Origin: Tubulanus polymorphus | Lineage: Eukaryota; Animalia; Nemertea | Direction: 5' to 3' | DNA length: 64,000 bases | NCBI RefSeq assembly: GCF_964204645.1 | Contig: NC_134031.1 | Span: forward strand, 4,092,001-4,156,000 | Shown: one piece after another, positions 57,701-64,000 of the stretch | Layout of the letters: each line of letters opens with the position of its first letter | Position numbering within the stretch: the stretch's first letter is position 1 | Translations under genes and position numbers: made by a program | Notes under the pieces: generated by a model | What the model was told of the DNA's origin: nothing | The model's database searches: none | Seen by the model: only the letters and a program-made list of their open reading frames with translations

Positions 57701-60700
57701 GCAAAGGGTAACGTGGTCGCCATGTTGCGTCTCGTTCAGAATATGCTTCATATTTACACGCAGATTTACAATTTATTTCATTAAAACCAGTTGTCATCAA
57801 CAGCCGTTTTCTTCGCGTTGAGATGCTTACAACCGCAATCTGCAGACGACAGGAGGCAAAAACTAAAATTGTCGTATCGTGATTGAATGAAGTCGATCTT
57901 TATAGGTATAATATGACCATTGATTTGGTTCATTATGTAGACGGTTTATAGAATCTTTATGCGTCCTTTGAGCGAACCCACACTTCTACTTAAGCAAAAA
58001 TACATAAGGAGGATGTATTTTTGGTTTAAGTAACTATAGAAATGCATTATCCTGTGACTACGTATGTAGAAATAGCAATATAAAACTAGTCATTAAGATA
58101 AAGATTGAAATTGGCCAAACTTTGGTCATCGTAGATAAACCCCAGGGTATGATGGTATGATCGCGGTCAGGATAAATTGAGGAGGCGTCGGCTTCATTTG
58201 GTATGCCGCTTAACTTTTTTGTTAGTAGGCTTGTTCTCTTGAGACGATCTTATTTCCTCGAAAATGGTTTTTGATCTTGTTTTTATCTTCAAGTACGAAC
58301 GGGGGAAGGGCCGAAAAACAGTGGATTGTACTGAGGAGATCAGTTAGAGATGCCAATCAGTTTTTTCTTGCGTTCCGCATCAGTTATTCCGTTGTTAGAA
58401 GCTTTTATGACCCGGCGTTTTCTGCATGTCGTAGTGGAATACACGGGAAACGGAGATGGACAAACAACAAGCGCTGTTTTTTTCTAATCTTAGACACGAG
58501 AAACGCCCCGCGGGATTCATTCGACAGATACCAGACCACCAGACCCGAAAACATACAAAAACATGGTCGTTGCATGAACACCGGGGCTTATAGAGGTGAG
58601 AGATTAGACCCCCGAATTGACTGGATGAGATGAAGCCTGAGATTATGTAAGAAATGAAATATTCATAGCCTCATTACAAACAAATAGTGTTGAAATTATC
58701 CATGTGATAGACAGGTATCGTTGATCCGTCGTGAATTATTGAGGTATTTTCAAGGGAATGATTGACCCCTCAAATGGAAAAACATCTGATTTCTATTTTT
58801 GTTACCTTAAAGCAGAGCAGAAATCTGAATAAATATAATCCATTTTCCAAAAATATTTGCTGCTCATTTCAATCGTACGACCATAACATCCATTGCAGAA
58901 AATTAAGCTATGGCTGACGAGAGGTTTTTGAATATGTTGAAAGTCTTACCTTAGAATGTCTAAATCAGAATTCATATGATTAAGCAATCGAATGTAGGAG
59001 TGCCCATTTAGAACGATCTGCAAATTGACGGTTACTTCATTTCCTTATTGAAAACTGCTAATATTTGGGTGTAGCCGCTGTCATCTAGATAATTAATCAA
59101 CCAACGCTGAATCAGTATCAAACAGTGTAGCTGTCATACCGTATACAAACAACCATTTCTTCGCGCCGTAAACTATTATTCGAATCACGTCACCGACTGA
59201 AATCTCAATACCTCGGTCTTATACCATATGATTATGCGGCTACGAAAAACAAAAGCGCAATTCGTTGCAGGCAAGTTTACAAATATCGATGTGTCATTTT
59301 CAATACCGAACGAAACCATGGCGAACTCCTGGGGATTCGAGAAATACTATAGGGAGTTGCCATGGATCGTTATATTCATATCGTTTGAATAGAAAAACTT
59401 AAATCAAATTTTTCGTTGCCGAAACACAATATTATATGCAATTTACCGAAATGAGTGTATATGCTATATGCTTGCTTGCCTATGGCCGCGAGGTGCAAAC
59501 CGGTATTCCACGTCGGAGATGTCTACGTATTTCACATTACACGTAGGCGTATAACTCAAGAGAAATATTTGCCGGCGAAATCTGGTTGTAATACAAATAT
59601 TGAGAGATATTATCGAGGAATTATGAGAATACAGAATACACAACTGTCAAGAATTCTATGGAGCTGAAGCCGAACAATTCGTAAGGGTCTCCACGCTTCG
59701 GGGTTGTGTGGGGATGCACAGAGCACCTAACGGATTTAGCCCAAACATCGTCTTAAGCGCAGATATAGATTTAATTTTCATAATTAATAGATTCATTTAA
59801 GAAACAAGTTCACTCCATTCTACGTAATTGAAATAGAGAAGAAATCGCACGCGGAAGACCGACTTCCTACTAGCGAACCTGGTGGATCCTCGCCTGCCAT
59901 ACGTGGATTCCTCGATTGCCACAGTAGCGGTGCCGGTTCCCCATTGATGGGAATTTTCTAATCGAGATCGACAGTTGATGCTAAAGAGACTGGGCAATAA
60001 CTAGTTCAAAATCCATCGCACGTTAGAACAAGAATGTCATTGATTTTACAAAGGCAACGAACATCGCGCTAGAAAAGATCTCACCTCAACAGTGCGGTTA
60101 CGGAATTCTATACGATATCGGTTGAAGCTACGCAGATTGCTATAATGTTCACACGAACACATACGCAGTTCCTGCCCAACTCGTGATATATGAAATTGCA
60201 TTATCTTTGAAAAAATCTGACGAATCCTCCTAGATCCTCCTTTTACAAGGAAAATGATGAGCCTGACACAGAGAGCAACTAAAAATTGCTGCGGGAATTT
60301 TTAGTTGAATTTATCTCTTGGAAAAAAAACCTCGTGTAACGATAGTAATACGACATGACATTCACATAGAGAAACAACGCCTTAGACTATCACAGTTCGT
60401 GACATCAGTTTTTATGCCCTGTGAAGTAATATCATGATCTAGGTAATTGCTTTTTCCATATCCTGCGCACCATACATCCTTGCGGTGGCTGTGAGATCCA
60501 CGGAAATTGATTGAAAATTGGGTACGATATGTACTGATGTGTATTTTTCAAAATGAGTTGTCGTTCAAAATGCATTTTGATGTTTAACAAGTAAACAGAA
60601 CTTATTGCCAAATTTTTAAATCTCATATCTGTTTTTCATCTTTCTCTTCCATGAGGAAATTGGCATTACAAATCAACTATTCAATGTAGATACGTTCACG

Positions 60701-61360
60701 GGGTACGCCATGGAGAGGCTTTGAATCTCCATCATCCCGGTTATATTCAAGTCCAACCACATACGTCTAACCGGTGTTTATGAGTCTGCCATACATAGAC
60801 CTTCTGTTGTGGGAAGATTGGAGGCTAATCTCCCTTCCAAATTGCTACCGGTACCCGGGATACTTAAACTATGTAGCCTATTATACAGTAGGGATGTTGT
60901 GCACCTGTATTCATATCGATAAACCGGTTGATTCTTCTGGATTATGACTGTTATTGACTTTCGGTGTAATCATTATCGATCGCAAGTCGTTTGCTGTCAT
61001 CATCGTTTATAAAGATTCCTAACGAGACGCTATCTCCGGGTGGCGAGAACCATTGTGTTTTGCTGCTATCAGCGCTAACCCACGCGCTCCCGTGTAGTTA
61101 TTTATTGAGACATTATCAGCTTACACGGGCTTTTCAGTTTTAATTAATAAAGAGTTCGCTGGTGGCCTCGTGCTGTGTGTGTGCATAGTCGGGTCGATTT
61201 TTAGACGGTGTCTGTCCCGATCATCGGTAAATATATTGATGAAATCTTGCTATGCCAAGAGCCGTTGAAATTAAGACGGATGAAGCTTATCTCAATAATT
61301 AGTTGCACTACCCTGAATCTATTCTACCCCTTACAGTGTAAAGTAGTAAGTAATTTGATT

Positions 61361-61517
<157 letters not shown>

Positions 61518-64000
61518 CATTAATGTATTCAAATATACTTAAATCAATAGTCGGTGATATTTTGATCGCAAGGCACTTATTTTGAATAGTGCGCATCTTG
61601 AATCCGATCCATGTTGATTCACGGACGACTTGTCCCAGAAGCTTATCTCTGGTGAGTGAATACCCTTTAAAACGGCGGATAAACGACACTTTTGTGGCTT
61701 TCATCGATCGAAATATGACGAATCTTTCGGACATGGATAAGCCGCCTCTCGCTAAACGTTTGGTCCGTATCACATTATTACCTACGTCGTACGGACGACT
61801 TCCAATGGACGAAGATATGAAATTGATGCGGGTTCATCGAAGCATTTTATATTTGTGTATAGAACGATTAGATATGGTTCGGTTGATATTAAATCCATGA
61901 TGATAAAGTGAGTGCCGTAGTGATTTATCCCATCTAGGTCGGAGGTATGGATTTTACCGTATTGACCACAATGTGCAAATACACCATGTCCTCTTGACGC
62001 ATAAGACGTTTTCAAGATTAAGGTTTCCGATAATATCCGCTACACCCTAGCAATATCTGTCCCCGGCCGTGTTAATCAGGTTTTCGACGGATTTTATATC
62101 GAAAAATGGATAAATCAGGTTTCAACCGCATTCGTCAAGGGTCGTGAATAATTAGAAAATCATGAGTGATGCTATGTGGGCGTGTTTCTAAACTATAAGC
62201 TATTCTATACCAGGAACTCTAAAACGAACTGTAAATGTCATTGACTCTCTTCGTTTTAGAGTTCATGACTATACCAAGTAATCGAATGGTAACGCTTTCA
62301 TGCGAGATAACTGAAACGAAGTTCATGTTATCGAATTAAGCTGGGAATATCTGGACCAAAATACCTACGTCACGAAGAACAACTAAAAAATGCATTAGTA
62401 TGAAAATGATAAATATTTGTGCGCATATTTTTTCAGTCAATGGAACAAACGGGTATTAATGTTTGATCTTCAATAACACATTTGGCTTCATGAATTCCGA
62501 CTTTTCTGCGAAATTTCTTGACACCGATGCATGAATTACGAGCCCATGCGGCTTCACGTCTTAGAGATGTAGGTGGAATCGTTAGGGCAAATATATTAAG
62601 AACGAACACAATGATCGTACATTATGAAACGTCGTATGGTCCCGTATGAGACATATCTATCTCTGGCACGGGGAGAGACACTTTCTCGCGCGCACCAATC
62701 ACCCTGACAACACGCTGCCATAGAGGAAACGTCTACCTGTTGATTACGCTGTCATTACGTTATTGTTCCATTCTCCTAACGCTGCATGCGGTGCAGTTCC
62801 CAGGGCTGCAACCTTCGGAGGTTTGTCTCCTTCGTTACATTGTCTGGCGTTTTCGAAAGTTCAGTTTTATACGCGTAGGACCGACGAAAAATTTTGTGCC
62901 GCCAGAAGTTATCGGAAGGCAGAATTTGCTTAATTATAACTCGCAAGAGTTATACGATTATTTCAGTAAAGGCGCCTTTTATCGGCGCACTAGCTCGCAT
63001 TCCGAAGGAGATAACTTTGCACGTTTGATGTTCTTGTCTATCCAACCGGACTGAGATATCGGGATCAAATGAAAAAACAACGGGAAAGTGATATAAAAAT
63101 AGCGCGCCGAAGTATAGCAGAGACAACTTGCCGAGTTCCCTTGGCAGTAGTTACGACAAATAACGGGAACGCGCTGGAAATTGGATTTGCCAAGTAAGTC
63201 TTTATTTCTCCTTTATACCAGAAAAATAGTGAACGAAATTAGATTGAATTTTTCAAAATTAGATAGAAGTGAAGTATGTAAGAAAAGACAATTGTCGTGT
63301 TCAAAACCAACGAATACTATATCCGTACGTAAATTGATACACTGTATTGACCGGTCTACGTTAGCGATTTATAATTCAACAACAACTCTTATTATTTATA
63401 CTCTTAAGAAGAGATGAAATGGTAATTGATGGGATATTGTCAGTCGTGTGTAGTGTTTCCCTGGGGGGTATTTTATCCTCTCAGTATAAGTAATGTAATA
63501 AAACCGCCAATGATGCTAACTATTGATCAGAACCGGCGCTTAACTCATATGTACTATGATTTGGACCGCCACTGTGTACGATCGGTTCTTCATTAACTTA
63601 AAAGCAATATATTCGCATCTCTTCTCGTGTGCCATTAACAGGGGCGTCACTGGGATTTTTTAAAGTGGGGGTTCACAAGCGGAACTGTATGCCATACTCA
63701 GCACCGTATCCGTTGAGCGCCGAAGGCAAATGAGCATTTATGAAACCTTGAAATTATCAACGATAGAACTCCTTACGAAATAATATCATTGATTATGTTA
63801 GATCTGCCAACTTGTGGATATTAAATCAAATTCATAATCAATCCTTCCTAAAAGTGTGGAGTGAAGATATGTCGCGGGCTAAGTTTCCTGAGGGTTGAAA
63901 CCCGAATGTATTTGAAATTGATACTTCATATTTCTCAAAACACTTATTCCTTTCTTATAAACTTTGTGCATAACAATTTCTGTGATGAGAATTTCAATTA

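Overview
Intron-rich, AT-rich eukaryotic (metazoan invertebrate, probably lophotrochozoan-like; taxon is inference only) genomic window. Nine spliced protein-coding genes can be rebuilt by hand from splice sites and recognisable peptide motifs: PGLS(-), a C8orf33/UPF0488 homolog(+), WDR31(-), ATAD3(+), PTPN11/SHP2(-), EXOSC10/RRP6(-), an uncharacterised 172-aa four-TM protein(+), a Y-box protein(-) and a divergent eIF5A(+). Eight of them form four head-to-head pairs. Introns hold several families of short inverted-repeat (MITE-like) elements, tRNA-derived SINE-like fragments and micro/minisatellites. The last ~9 kb has no recognisable coding sequence. The most notable observations are: an SHP2 with Asp at the position of human E76 and Ile in place of the N-SH2 Trp, plus a probable intron-split start codon; an eIF5A with an altered hypusine-loop motif, head-to-head with a Y-box gene as in human YBX2/EIF5A; only 67 bp between the PGLS and C8orf33 start codons; a dense CTCF-like motif cluster in a PTPN11 intron; and a GC-AG intron in ATAD3. 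No prokaryotic-type systems (CRISPR etc.) were seen. All gene models are manual and unverified by RNA data.
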